64,000 nt of DNA from an uncultured Gammaproteobacteria bacterium (GCA_963841645.1 CAWJDS010000008.1:283954-347953), one strand, 5' to 3'; shown: positions 33,945 through 46,960, counted from the stretch's first letter. Notes: generated by a model not told the origin, from the letters alone. Translations and numbers: made by a program.

Positions 33945-36214
33945 TCACTCGATCCGCGCACCGTCGCGCAGGATCTTCGGCGTGACGAAGATCAGCAGTT
34001 CTGCATTGTTGTTGATGTTGCTGCGGCTGCGGAACAGATACCCCAAACCCGGAATGTCGCCGAGCACCGGGACCTTGTTGATGGTCTCGCGGAGCTCGGT
34101 CTCGTAGATACCGCCGAGCACGACGGTCTGGCCGTCGTTCACGACCACGGAGGTCGTGACCGAGCGGGTGTCGATGCTCGGCACCTGGCCGCCCGTCGCG
34201 CTCTGGACCACCTGTGCCGACGGAGTCCTTCGTGACGAGCAGATCCATGATGATCCGGTCGTCCGGCGTGATTTGCGGCGTCACCGTGAGGCTCAGCACG
34301 GCCTCCTTGAACTGCGTGGTCGTCGCGCCGCTCGAGGACGATTCCTGGTACGGAATCTCGACACCCTGGCGAATGCGAGCCTCGTGCTGGTTGGTCGCTA
34401 TCACGCGCGGCGTCGACACGATCTTGCCGTTGCCTTCCGCCTGCAACGCCGTCAGCTCGAGATCGACGAGGTAGTCGGAGTCGAGGATCGCGAGCGCGAA
34501 CGATCCGGCCGGATTCGCGACCGGCAGGTTCACGTTGTAGCGCTGACCGATCGGCGGTATCGAAACCGGGAACGGCGTGCCGCTGGTGTTGATGTTGTTG
34601 ATGCCCGAAGTGACGATCTGGTCCGAGCCGCTGCCCGTGCCCGTCATCGACAGCAGGCCGTTCGCGGTATTGCTCTTGACGACCGTCGCGCCAAATCGCA
34701 CGCCGAGGTCGCGCTCGTAGTCGTCGTTCACGATCACGACGCGCGTCTCGATCGACACCTGACGCACCGGAATGTCGAGCGTCTGCACGAGCCGGCGGAT
34801 GTTCTCGAGGTTACGCGACGTGTCGGTCACGAGCAGCGTGTTGGTGCGGACGTCGATCGCGACGCTGCCGCGCTCGGAGAGCAGGGCGGCCTTCGAGGTC
34901 GACGCAGCTGCCGCAGCCGCACCGGCGCCGCCTGCGCCGCTGCCGCCGGTCGCGCTGCCGCCGCGAATCAGCGTCGCGAGGTCGGAAGCCTTCGCGTAGT
35001 TCACCTGGATGAACTCGGAGCGGATCGGCTCGAGCGTCTGCAGCGCCTTCTGCGCCTGGAGGTCGGCCTGCTCGCGCGCCGTGATCTCCTCGGCCGGCGC
35101 GACGATGATCACGTTGCCGTTGCGGCGCATGTCGAGGCCCTTGGTCGTCATCACGATGTCGAGCGCCTGGTCCCAAGGCACGTTCTGCAAGCGCAACGTG
35201 ACGCTGCCCATGACCGTGTCGCTGACCACGATGTTGAGGCCGCTGAAGTCGGCGATGAGCTGGAGCACCGCGCGCGTCTCGAGGTCCTGGAAGTTGAGCG
35301 TGAGCCGGTCGCCCGTGTACTCACGGCTCTGGTTGTAAACGCCCGAGGTCGCCGCGGCGGCCTTCGGCGCCGGCGGCTTGAGCTCGAGAGTGAACAGGTT
35401 GTCTGTCTGGTATGCGACTTGGTCGTACTCGGTCGGCGGCGCTCACCACGAGCCGAGCGTTGCGATTCGCGCGCAGCGCGTCGACGGTCAGCACCGGCGT
35501 CGCGAAGTCGGTGACGTCGAGCCGCTTCATGAGGTCGTTCGGAATCGCGGTGTCTTGGAAGTCGACGACGACGCGGCCGCCTTCCTCGCGCACGTCCACG
35601 GTCGTGTGCGGGTCGTTGAGCTCGACGACGACTTGACCGGCGCCGTCGGTTCCGCGGCGGAAGTCGATGTTGCGAATCGAGCGCTGGGCCGCTTGCGCCG
35701 CCAGCGGCGCGCGCCTGCGGGCGCCGCGCTCGGCGCGGGCTGTGCCGCGAACGACGGCTGCGGCGCGCCGCCCGGAGCTTGGCCGAGCGTCACGTAGACG
35801 CTGTCGCCTTCGACGCGCGTCTGGTACGGCACCATGCTGCTCAGGTTGAAGACGATGCGCGTGCGGCCGTTGGCCTCGGCCGCAAGAATCGAGGTGAGTG
35901 GCCCCGCGTTCACGTCGCGGCGGCGATTGGCAGACCGAGCGCGGTGTTCGGCAGGTCGATCGAGATGCGCGCTGGGTTCTCGATCGTGAAGGCCATCGGC
36001 TCAGGCGCCGTGCCGTTCGTGCGCAGGCGCAGCTGCGAGCTGCTGGCCCGGCAGAGGCTGCACGTCGATCGCCTCGAGCTTCAGGTCTTGCGCGCGCGCC
36101 ATCGGACGTCAACAGGGCGAGCGCGAGAGCCCACGCCGCGGCCGCCACGACCTGGCCGAGCCACGATGAGATCTTCCCGCTTCGAACGGGCGCTGACTTG
36201 AGCATACGATTCAC
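33945..36214 (-). CDS. pilQ: type IV pilus secretin PilQ, reading frame interrupted many times
   Basis: Two AMIN-like N-terminal modules (..RTRIVFNL..VYVTL.. and IRNIDFRRG..GQVVVEL). N0/secretin core LQLIADFSGLNIVVSD..VTLRLQNVPWDQALD and PVLGDIPGLGYLFR..ELLIFVTPKI. True stop at 33945. Confidence 0.9.
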
Positions 36215-36233
36215 TCCCTAAACTCCCCTGCGC

Positions 36234-36772
36234 TTACTTGCCGGCGGCCAGAGCGATCTTCGCGGGTCTTTCCAAATACCCGCCGAGACCGTCGGAAATG
36301 ATTTCCACCAGGCGAATCTCCGAATCGGTAATCGAGGTGACGCGGCCGTAGTTCTGGCCGATGTGATTGCCGACCGTGATGCGGTGCACGAGACCGTCTG
36401 CCGTCTGCACGAGCCCGAAGCTCGCGCGCTTGTCCGCCAGCGTCCCGACCATGTGCAGGTGTCGAGCGGAAACTGCTCGAGGAATTCGCGCGGCCGGTTC
36501 GGATCCGGGCCCGTCGACGGCGTTTGGGTCCGTGCTCACGTCGGCGCTGCGGCGCATCGGCGACGAACGGCGAGCGCCGGCCGCCGGCCTCGTACGCGAA
36601 AGTGGGCGCCGGATGCACCGTGCGGCAACGCATCGATGCGTCCACCCGGACGCGCCTTGACCTCATCGATGTAGGTGCGCAGATCCGAGTTGCTCCTGCC
36701 GCAAGCGCTCAACGACAGCACAACGGCGGTCAACGCGAGCGTGCGCGTCAAAACAGCTTTGCGCTCGAGCAT
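36234..36772 (-). CDS. pilP: type IV pilus assembly lipoprotein PilP, reading frame interrupted
   Basis: Signal/lipobox LALTAVVLSLSAC. C-terminal LHMVGTLADKRASFGLVQTADGLVHRITVGNHIGQNYGRVTSI....I.L.E. Sits between pilO and pilQ. Confidence 0.75.
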
Positions 36773-37387
36773 CACTTCCGTCTCCGTCTCCCGCCTCTCG
36801 TCGAGATAGCGATACGTCTTCGCCGTCACGTCGAGCGTGAGCTGGTCGTCGAATCTTTCTCGGTCGGCTTGATGTCGATGTCATGTAAAGTCACGATGCG
36901 CGGCAGCGCAGCGATGCCGCTCACAAATTTGCCGAGTTCGTGATAGCTGCCGGTGTAGCGAAGCTTGATCGGCAGCTCCGCGTAGAAGTCCTTTTGCACC
37001 TCGCCGGTCGGCTGAAACAGCATCTCGTCGAGGCCCGCGCCGAGCCGCCGTCTGCGAGATGTCGACGAGCAGGCTCGGCACCTCGGTCTTGCCCGGAAGC
37101 TGGCGCAACATCGCGCCGAAGTCGCGCTCGATTTCGGCGAGCTGCGTGCGATACGAATCGAAGTTCGCGGCCTTGCGCTGGCGATCCTCGAACGCGGCCC
37201 TCAGCTCGGTTTCTTCTCGTTTCTCGCGATCGAGAGCGGCTTGTCGTCGGAGTCAGACGAACATAGTAGATGCCGAGCGCGATCACGGCGACGAATGCGA
37301 TCGCCGACCGCGGCGACTCTGAACGGCAAGCGGCCAACGACCGGGGTCGTTCGTGTCGAGTGCGCGAAGATCGTCGACGATGCTCAT
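36772..37387 (-). CDS. pilO: type IV pilus assembly protein PilO, reading frame interrupted
   Basis: MSIVDDLRALDTNDPGRWP start, TM segment, then LRQLPGKTEVPSLLVDISQTA and FYAELPIKLRYTGSYHELGKFVSGIAALPRIVTLHDI in other frames. The 3' end is inferred (TGA overlapping the pilP ATG). Confidence 0.72.
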
Positions 37388-38026
37388 TTCGCGGCCTTTC
37401 GGCTTCGCGTTAGCCTGTTCGGGTCGCCCGGCTTCGCGTTGCTCGGCTTGGCGTTGCTCTTCGCGTCGATCGTCGTTCGTAGTCGCGACCTGCTGTGCGA
37501 ACAGCTTGAATTGCGACTGATGCTCCGTGCCGCCCGCGACGGTCTCGACGACGTCGAGACCCGGATCGGCTCAGCCAATCGGACGCGTCGATGTTGCGCA
37601 TCAGCGTCGAGACGCGCGTGCTCGACTGCGCCATGCCTTGCAGCTCGATGCGGTTGCCGGTTTGCTTCACCTCGGTGAGGTGCGACGCCTTCGGGAACGG
37701 CTTTGACGATCTCGTCGAACAGATGCACGACCTCGGGACGCGAGCGCTGGAGCTCTCGATCACTCTCATGCGCGCGAGCAGCCGTTCGCGCTGGTTCTCG
37801 AGGCCCTTGATCTCCTCGATTTGCTTGTCGAGGTCGGCGATCTCGGTCGTCAGAATGGTCGTTGCGGCTCCTGCTGATTCGTGATCCAGCCCTCCACCGT
37901 GAGCTTCGACAAGTAGACGATGCCGATGCCGACGACCGCGGCGGCGCCGAGGAGCCATGAAGAACTGCTTTCTTACGCTTCTGACGCTAGCTCTGCGCGC
38001 CAGGGCAGTAGATTTATTCGTGGCAT
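37384..38026 (-). CDS. pilN: type IV pilus assembly protein PilN, reading frame interrupted
   Basis: MPRINLLPWRAEL start, TM segment, coiled region ..EIADLDKQIEEIKGLENQRERLLARM, then VHLFDEIVKAVPEGV.LTEVKQTGNRIELQGMAQS. The stop overlaps the pilO ATG (ATGA). Confidence 0.75.
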
Positions 38027-38027
38027 G

Positions 38028-39090
38028 TCAGTCGAAGCTCCTCAACGCGAGACCGCAAGCGGTCAACAACGCCGTGGCGTCGCGATCCACGCCTTGCGAC
38101 TTGGCGCGCGACGAAATCTTCATCTGTCCGAGCGGATCGCCGATCTGCGGTCGAATGCCGACACGGCTGCCGATCACGTCGGCGACGCCCGGGATGTTCG
38201 CGCAGCCGCCGCAGACGAGGATCTGATCCGGTTGCTCGCGACCGCTGCCGGAGGCGAGGAAGAATTGGAGCGAGCGGCTCACCTGCTGCGACATGTCGTC
38301 GATGAACGCGTCGAGCACTTCGGGTTGATAGTTGCTCGGCAGGCCGCCTTCCTTCTTCGCGCGACCCGCGTCCTCCATGCTGAGGCCGTAGGTGCGCATG
38401 ATCTCTTCGGTCAGCTGCTGACCGCCGAAGGCGAAGTCGCGCGTGTAGATGACCTTCAGATCCTTCAGCACGCTGAACGTCGTCGTGCTCGCGCCGAAGT
38501 CGACGATCGCGACGAACTTGTCGGCGCCCGCGTCGGGCATCTGATGAGTCAGCAACTGGCAGGCGTTCTCGACGGCGAATGCCTCGACGTCGACGACGCG
38601 TGCCGTGAGGCCGGCGGCCTCGACGGCGACTTGGCGTTGCTCGACGTTCTCCGTGCGCGTCGCGACGAGCAGCACGTCGACCATGTCGGGATCGCGGTCG
38701 CTATCGCCGATCACCTCGAAGTCGAAGCTGACTTCTTCCATCGGGAACGGGATGTACTGATCGGCCTGTAGCTCGACTTGACCCTCGAGGTCGGTCGGGC
38801 TCAAGGACTTCGGCATCTGGATGACTTTCGTGATCGCGGCGTCGCCGCTGATCGCAATCGCGGCCTCGCGCGTCTTGCGTGCCCGCTCGCTTGTGGGCGC
38901 GGCGAATCGCCTCGCCGACCGCGTCGGCGTCGACGATCGCTTTTTCGTTGATCGCGTTCGGCGGCGTGGGCTCGGCCGCGTAGGACTCGACCCGGTAGCC
39001 TCTGCCGCTTTCCGTGAGCTCGATGAGCTTGACCGACGAGGTCGTAATGTCGAGGCCGACCAGGGATCCTTTCCGACGGCTCGCAAACAC
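38028..39090 (-). CDS. pilM: type IV pilus assembly ATPase-like protein PilM, one frame change (~38885)
   Basis: GTG 39090. SLVGLDITTSSVKLIEL, then VVDVEAFA, VDFGASTTTFSVL, FGGQQLTEEI and ILVCGGCANIPG give an actin-like ATPase fold. Confidence 0.9.
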
Positions 39091-39176
39091 AACTTTTCCT
39101 TTCCAACACGGGACGTTGGGTTAGAATCCTACACGTGCCTCTAAACGCTCAATTTAACTATAACTCACGGCGAGAT

Positions 39177-39214
39177 TCACACCGGTGTGATCCGGCTCTC
39201 GATCTGCGATCGAG
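39177..39214. promoter_or_regulatory. two adjacent palindromes in the pilM-ponA divergent intergenic region (candidate operator or hairpins)
   Basis: TCACACCGGTGTGA (39177-39190, perfect 14-bp palindrome) and CTCGATC-tgc-GATCGAG (39198-39214). Function not known. Confidence 0.3.
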
Positions 39215-39522
39215 GTTAGTCCCGCCTCGAACTGCGCCGCTCGTCTAGAAAATCCCCGGCAAACACTCGAATTCCGGGCGGGACGGGCTTCGCGGTCTAG
39301 CATGGCGAGCAGGAAGGAGTAGCTGGCGAAGCGGCGACTGGCTCCACGGATGGGCCGAGTTCAACTGCTTCGGCAGCCCCGCTATCCTAGATGCGACGCT
39401 GCTCGCGGCGCGCCCGTAGACCGGAGGCTTTGCGTCCCCACCTTTCAATGGGTTTGCCTAACGCCGGCGGACTATGCACAAAGGCCCTTTCCTGGCAAGG
39501 GCGTAGAATCCAAGTTCAGCAA

Positions 39523-42072
39523 ATGAACGCTTACCTCAAGATTCTGCTGACGATTTTGGCGCTCGCCGGCATGCTTGCGGTGGGCGTCGGAGCGGTCGTG
39601 TCGTCGGCGGCTATTACTACGTCGCGCCGAGCCTTCCGCAGGCCGAGGACCTGCGGCACGTCAAGATCCAGGTGCCGCTGCAGGTCTATAGCCGCGACGG
39701 CCGTCTGATCGACGGAGTTCGGCGAGGTCAAGACGAACGCCCGTCGCCTACGCGGATATTCCGCCACTCTGGTCAAGGCCGTTCTCGCGGCCGAGGACGA
39801 GCACTTCTTCGAGCACCCGGGGGTCGACTATCGCGGCGTGATCCTGCGCGGCATCCTCAACGAGATCAGCCCGAATCGGCCGCAACGGTCGGCGGCAGCA
39901 CGATCACGCAGCAGGTCACCCGGACCCTGAACGTGCTTCACGCGCTCGGGCCTGAGCTCGGGTGTCCAACGCTTCGTGCAGAAGTTCAAGGAGTGGATCC
40001 TCGCGTTTCGGATCGAGCGCGAGTTCACGAAGCAGGAGATCCTCGAGCTCTATCTCAACACCTATTTCTTCGGTCAACGCTCCTACGGCGTCGTCGACCG
40101 GCGGCCCGCACCTACTTCGGCAAGGACCTCGGGCGAGCTCACGGTCTCCGAGGTCGCGATCCTCGCGGGTATCCCGCAGCGACCGGCCGACTTGAATCCG
40201 ATCGCGAGCCCCGAGCGCGCGACGGCGCGCCGCGGCTACGTGCTGCGCCGGATGAACGAGACCGGCGCGATCACCGACGCCCAGTACCAAGCCGCGCTCG
40301 CCGAGCCGGTCATCGGTAAGCGCTACGGCACCGAGACTCAGGTCGATGCGCCGTACGTCGGCGAGATGGTGCGCGCGGAAATGGTTCGGCGCTTCGGCGC
40401 GGAGGCCTACACCGCGGGCTTCAAAGTCACGACGACGCTCGATAGCCGGCTGCAGAAGGCGGCGAACCGCGCGATGCACAACACGCTGCTCGCCTACGAC
40501 GAGCGGCACGGCTATCGCGGTCCGCTCGCGCACGTCGATGCTGCCGCGCGCTCCGGCGACGACCGCGAGCACGGCTCGTCGGTCGCGGCCGAGCTACGCG
40601 CGTTGCTCGACGACCACCCGAGCGTCGTCGACTACGAGACCGCGGTCGTGCTCGCCGTGGAGCCGCAGAGCGCGCGCGTGTTCTTCGCGGACCGGGGCGA
40701 GCAAACGATCGGCTTCGACGCGATGTCGTGGGCCGCGCCGTTCGTGAACGACGACGCGGTCGGCACGAAGCCGACGTCCGTCACCGAGGTGCTCAAGGTC
40801 GGCGATGTCGTGCGCTTCCGTCAGGATTCGGCCGGCCATTGGCGGCTCGCGCAGATTCCGGAGGTCGAGGGCGCGTTCGCGTCGGTCGATCCGCTCGACG
40901 GCGGTCTGTCGCGCTCACCGGCGGCTTCGACTTCTTCCTGAGCAACTACAATCGAGCGACGCAGGCGAAACGTCAGCCCGGCTCGTCGTTCAAGCCGTTC
41001 GTCTATTCCGCCGCGCTGCAAAATGGGTTCACGCCCGCGACGATCGTCAACGACTCGCCGCCGGAGGGCGAATATCAGACGGAGCTCGAGCGCGTCTGGC
41101 GGCCCGAGAACTTCGATAACAAGTACTTCGGCTTCGTGAGCTTGCGCTTCGCGCTCCAGGAGTCGCTGAACGCCGTGTCGATCCGGATCACGAAGGCGAT
41201 GGGCGTGCCGACCGTCGCGCGCTACGCGCGCAAGTTCGGCTTCGACGACACCGCGATTCCGAACAATTTGTCGATCGCGCTCGGCGCGGGCGGCATCGCG
41301 CCGCTCGACCTCGTGACGGGCTACGCGACGTTCGCGAACGGCGGCTATCGCGTCGACCACTACTTCATCCAACGAATCGCGAACGCGGCCGGCGAAGTGG
41401 TCTACGAGACGAAGCCGGCGTTCGTGTGCGCGGATTGCGGACAGCCGCCGCCCGCCGCAGCGCCCGACAGTTGCGCGAGGCCGCCCGCGCCGCCGCCGAG
41501 CGCGAAGCCGGAAGCCGCCTCGCCCGACGTCGACCTCACCAACCTGAACGCCGTCGCGCCGCAGATCATTACGCCGCAGAACGCGTATTTGATGACGGAC
41601 CTCCTCAAGGACGTGGTGCGCGGCGGTACGGCCGCGAGGGCGAACAGGGCGTTCCCGGAGCGTAAGGATCTCGCCGGCAAGACCGGCACGACGAACGAGG
41701 GCCACGACACGTGGTTCGTCGGCTTCAACTCGGACGTCGTCGCGGCCGCCTGGGTCGGCTTCGATCAGGACCGTTCGCTCGGCGGCCGAGAGCAGGGCGG
41801 CGTGACCGCGATTCCGATGTGGATCGATTACATGCGCGAGGCGCTCGCGAACGAGCCCGAGCATACGCTGGCCGCGGCCGGTCGGCATCGTCGAGTACCG
41901 AATCAATCCGACCAGCGGACTGATCGCGAACGACGCCACGCGAGACACCGTGTTCGAGAAGTTCGACATCGACAACGTGCCGGCGCGCGAGCCGGACCAG
42001 GGCTTCGTCTCGCCGGACTCGACGACACCGTCGACTACGCCCGCGCGCGCGGGCGATCCGCTGTTCGATTGA
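39523..42072 (+). CDS. ponA: penicillin-binding protein 1A (bifunctional transglycosylase/transpeptidase), reading frame interrupted many times
   Basis: TM anchor. Glycosyltransferase motifs EDE.FF.H.G and GGSTITQQV, and RK..E..LA..IE. Transpeptidase motifs QPGSSFKPFVY, SLN and KTGTTN. Divergent from pilM, as in many gammaproteobacteria. Confidence 0.9.
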
Positions 42073-42109
42073 CGACCATGGGCAACGCTGGCCGGGGGAG
42101 GCCCGAGAG

Positions 42110-42724
42110 ATGAGCGGCCGCAGATCGCGCAGCCCGCGCTACGCCCAACGGAACCCGCGAGCGACTCGCGCACGAGGCGGCGCGCGTGATGGCCGAGAGC
42201 GGCATCGAAGATTTCGGCCTCGCGAAGCGTAAGGCGGCCGAGCGGCTCGGCGTCCGTGGCGCCGGAGCGCTTCCGACGAACGCCGAAATCCAGGCTTGCT
42301 TGGCGGAGCGTCTGCGGATCTTCGAGTCCGACGACACCCAAAGCCGGCTCGACAATCTGCGGCGCGTCGCGGCCGACGTGATGCTCGAGCTCGAGCCCTT
42401 CGCGCCGCGACTCGTCGGCGCGGTGCTCGTAGGTGTGGTGACTCTCACGTCGGCTGTCGAGCTGCACGTGTTCGCCGACGCGCCGGAGCTCGTCGCGGCG
42501 GAGCTCGAGCGCAACGGTACGGCAGTCCGCGATTGCCAACGCCGCTACCGGCTCGACGCTGCGACGACGGTCCAGAGGCCGGGCTTCTGCTTCGAGCGCG
42601 ACGGGGAGCAAGTCGAGGTGTTCGTGTTCCCGGAGCGCAGCGCGCACCACGCGCCGCTGAGCCCGGTCGACCAGAAGCCGATGCGCCGCGCAGGCGCGCG
42701 GCGCGGTGCTCGCGTTGCTCGACC

Positions 42725-42728
<4 letters not shown>
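42110..42728 (+). CDS. conserved hypothetical protein (N-terminus out of frame)
   Basis: ORF 42186..42728 is intact ([20 protein letters not shown]...[19 protein letters not shown]). An upstream ATG at 42110 ([10 protein letters not shown]) joins after one frame change. No family confidently recognised. Confidence 0.45.
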
Positions 42729-44020
<1,292 letters not shown>

Positions 44021-44112
44021 GCAACATCCCTGACAAGCGAGAACGCGAAGCGAGCCGAGCCGCCGGAGTCTATAGCAGCCCCGAGCAGCGGTTCAAACGA
44101 CCGGGAATGCAG

Positions 44113-44322
44113 TCAGCTCGCGGCCTTGGCGTAGCGCTTGCGGAACTTGTCGACACGTCCGCCGCTGTCGACGATCTTCTGCTTGCCCGTATAGAACGGA
44201 TGGCACGAGGAGCAAACCTCGACGTGCAGGTCCTGGCCCAGCGTCGAACGAGTCGTGAACTCGTTGCCGCAGCTGCAGACGACTTTGATCTCGGCGTAGT
44301 TCGGATGGATCTCGGGTTTCAT
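44113..44322 (-). CDS. rpmE: 50S ribosomal protein L31 (Zn-ribbon type)
   Basis: Intact 69 aa. [13 protein letters not shown]....[21 protein letters not shown] lies before the ATG. Confidence 0.95.
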   Translation of the reverse strand: MKPEIHPNYAEIKVVCSCGNEFTTRSTLGQDLHVEVCSSCHPFYTGKQKIVDSGGRVDKFRKRYAKAAS

Positions 44323-44346
44323 GACGGTGCTCCGAGCGGGCGCGCA

Positions 44347-44375
44347 AGAATAAGGCCCGAGACCCCCGAAAACAA
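44347..44375 (-). promoter_or_regulatory. candidate rpmE promoter (TTGTTT-N17-TATTCT)
   Basis: Minus strand has TTGTTT (44375-44370), a 17-nt spacer and TATTCT (44352-44347), about 25 nt upstream of the rpmE ATG. Pattern match only. Confidence 0.35.
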
Positions 44376-44406
44376 GGCCGCGCGCCGGCTCGGACCGCCC
44401 TGGGCT

Positions 44407-44415
44407 TTATCCACA
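44407..44415 (+). promoter_or_regulatory. perfect DnaA-box consensus TTATCCACA
   Basis: Exact 9-mer. It is followed after 5 nt by the inverted near-copy TGTGAGTAA (2 mismatches to TGTGGATAA). Lies in an AT-richer intergenic island with several GATC sites. Confidence 0.4.
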
Positions 44416-44627
44416 AAATCTGTGAGTAACTCTGTGCAGATCGGCTTGTGCGCAGCGCGGGGCACGCCGTCCCGAAACAGTTTTGCCGCGTTTGATCAAA
44501 AAACGATCAAGAACATCGACATCTAGTCTTTTCAAAGACTTAGGTATCCAATCAAAACTCGGCGGACAGGAAAGCGCCGCAAAGCGCTTGTTTCTAGAGA
44601 TCCGTCAAGACGGTGTGCATAAAGCGC

Positions 44628-45268
44628 TCAGCCGAGCGACTTGGAGCCGCTCGCTGGCCACCGGGCCCGCAACGCCGTGACGAGCGCCGCGAGCGCCCGA
44701 CCCCGGTGGCTCACGCGATTCTTGGCCGCCGGGCCGAGCTCGGCCGCCGTCTGCCCCGTCGTGGGATCGACGAATATGGGGTCATAACCGAACCCGCCCG
44801 ACCCGCGCGGCTGCGCCGCGATGCGGCCTTGCCATTCACCGCTGGCGATCACGGGCGCCGGGTCGTCGGCCGAGTCGAGCGCAACCAGCACGCAGTAAAA
44901 GCGGGCGCCTGCGCTCGCCGTCGGGCACCGAGCGCAGCGCGTCGAGCAGCTTCGCGACGTTCTTGCGATCGTCGGCCGCTTCGCCCGCATACCGCGCGGA
45001 GCGCACTCCGGGCTCGCCGCCGAGCGCGTCGACAATGAGGCCCGAGTCGTCGGCGATCGCGGGCAGACCGCTCGCCCGAGCAGCGTGCCGCGCTTTCGCG
45101 AGCGCGTTCTCGACGAACGTGACGCCGTCTTCAGCGGCCGGGGCGATGCCGAGCTCGGTTTGGGGAACGAGCTCGAGGTCGAGCCCCGCATCTCGCGAGC
45201 AGCGAGCGAAGCTCTGCGAGCTTCCCGCGGTTGCCGGTCGCGAGCACCCAGCGCCGTCCGGCGCTCAC
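44628..45268 (-). CDS. rdgB: dITP/XTP pyrophosphatase (RdgB/HAM1 family), reading frame interrupted
   Basis: [41 protein letters not shown] and [11 protein letters not shown] are in different frames. GTG 45268 overlaps the rph stop (GTGA). Confidence 0.8.
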
Positions 45269-45984
45269 TTCGCGAGGATCTCGGCCTGTGCCGCGATCAA
45301 GTGCTCGATGCCGCGCGCCGCGAGCGCGAGCAGTGCGTCGAGCTCCGCTGCGCTGCAACGCGTGACCCTCGGCCGTGCCCTGGATCTCGACGTAGCCGCC
45401 GGCGTCGTTCATCACGACGTTCATGTCGGTTTCCGCTTCGGAGTCTTCTAGGTAATCGAGATCGAGGATCGGAACGCCCTGGTAGACGCCGACGGAGATC
45501 GCCGCGACCTGACCGTGGATCGGATCGCGGGGAATCTTGCGCGCCTTCACGAGGTGGTCCGCGGCGAGCGCGAGCGCGATGTAGCCGCCCGAGATCGCCG
45601 CGGTTCGCGTGCCGCCGTCGGCTTGGAGCACGTCGCAGTCGACCGTGATGGTGTTCTCGCCGAGCGCGCTCGCGATCGACTACCGAGCGCAGGCTCCGGC
45701 CGATCAGCCGTTGAATCTCGAGCGTTCGGCCGGCCTGCTTGCCCTTGCTGGCCTCGCGCTGAGTGCGCGTGTGCGTCGCGCGCGGCAGCATTCCGTACTC
45801 GGCGGTGACCCAGCCCTGCTGCTTGCCCTTCAGGAACGGCGGCACCTTCGGCTCGATCGACGCGGTGCACAGCACTCGCGTGTCGCCGAACTCGGCGAGC
45901 ACCGAGCCTTCGGCGTGTCGCGTGTAGCGCGGCGTGAAGCGCACGCGCGCGCAGCTCGTCGGGGCGGCGTCCGCTCGGGCGCAT
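45265..45984 (-). CDS. rph: ribonuclease PH, reading frame interrupted
   Basis: [64 protein letters not shown] and DGGTRTA.I.G motifs. Confidence 0.88.
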
Positions 45985-46057
45985 CGGGCAACTCCGTCGG
46001 CTGTTCGAGGTCGGGCAGCTTAGCAGCTCGAACGCCGCCCGCAGCGTTGGCGCTTCG

Positions 46058-46796
46058 CTAGTCGCCGATCCAGCGTACGGCGGCGACGCTCGTGTTGTCG
46101 CTGTACGGCGAGTTGCGCGCCACGGCGCGCTCGGCGAGCGAGCGCACTGAACGCTCGAGCGATTCGTCGTCGTGTGCGCTCGAGATGACGCGATGTCCGC
46201 GTCGTCGACGCCGGACCACGCGCCGTCGGTGCAGACGAGCAGCACGTCACCCGGCGAGAGCTTCTTTCGGCCGGTCACGCTCATGTCGGGAAGCGGCGCG
46301 TCGCCGCCGAGGCAGCACTCGACGAAGTTGCGCATCGGATGACCGCGCATCTCGTGCTCGTGGATCAGCCCTTCGCGCAGAAGGAGCTCGACGTGGCTGT
46401 GGTCGCGCGTGCGCTCGCGAATCGTGCCGCTCTCGCAGCTGGTACACGCGGCTGTCGCCGACGTGCGCCCAGTAGGATCCCGCCGTCTTGGACGAGGCAC
46501 ACGGCGCACGTCGCGCGCGGTTTGTGGTCGAGCGCGACGTCCTCGCCGAGCTTCACGACTCGGTCGTGGGCGCGAGCGAGCGAGAGCGTCAGGAAGCCCT
46601 GCGGATCGAATACCGGCGTGGGCGACTCCGCGAAGCATTCCTTCAGCGTCGCGACCGTGACCTCGGCCGCGCGCGCGCCGTGCGCGTGGCCCGCCCATTC
46701 CGTCGACGACGACCATCAACAGCGGCGTCGTCGTGCGCGATGACGTCGACTCGGTCTTGGTTCTCCGGCCGATTGCCGGCCAGGCTCAATTTGCAT
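46058..46796 (-). CDS. PP2C-family Ser/Thr protein phosphatase, reading frame interrupted many times
   Basis: LAGNRPENQDRV, MVVVDGMGGH, GDSRVYQL, LLVCTDG and YSDNTSVAAVR motifs are spread over several frames. No kinase or FHA gene is adjacent. Confidence 0.72.
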
Positions 46797-46960
46797 AATC
46801 GACGCGCACGAACTCGCCGACCGCTCTCCGATCGCCCTCGCCGACCCTCAACGCCGGACGCTGCGGCGGTACGCGGATGGCCCGACACCCGGCTGTTGTA
46901 CACTCGCTTGCCGCAACGCGGCGCACAGATTGGCTCAAACGTCTGGACGGACTCAATCGA

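Noticed and set aside
44323-44627. A chromosomal replication origin (oriC), suggested by the DnaA box, GATC sites and an AT-rich tract
   Set aside because: There is only one perfect DnaA box plus one degenerate copy. There is no array of boxes or 13-mer-like repeats, and the neighbourhood (rpmE, rdgB) is not a known oriC context. It is kept only as a low-level regulatory or sRNA candidate.
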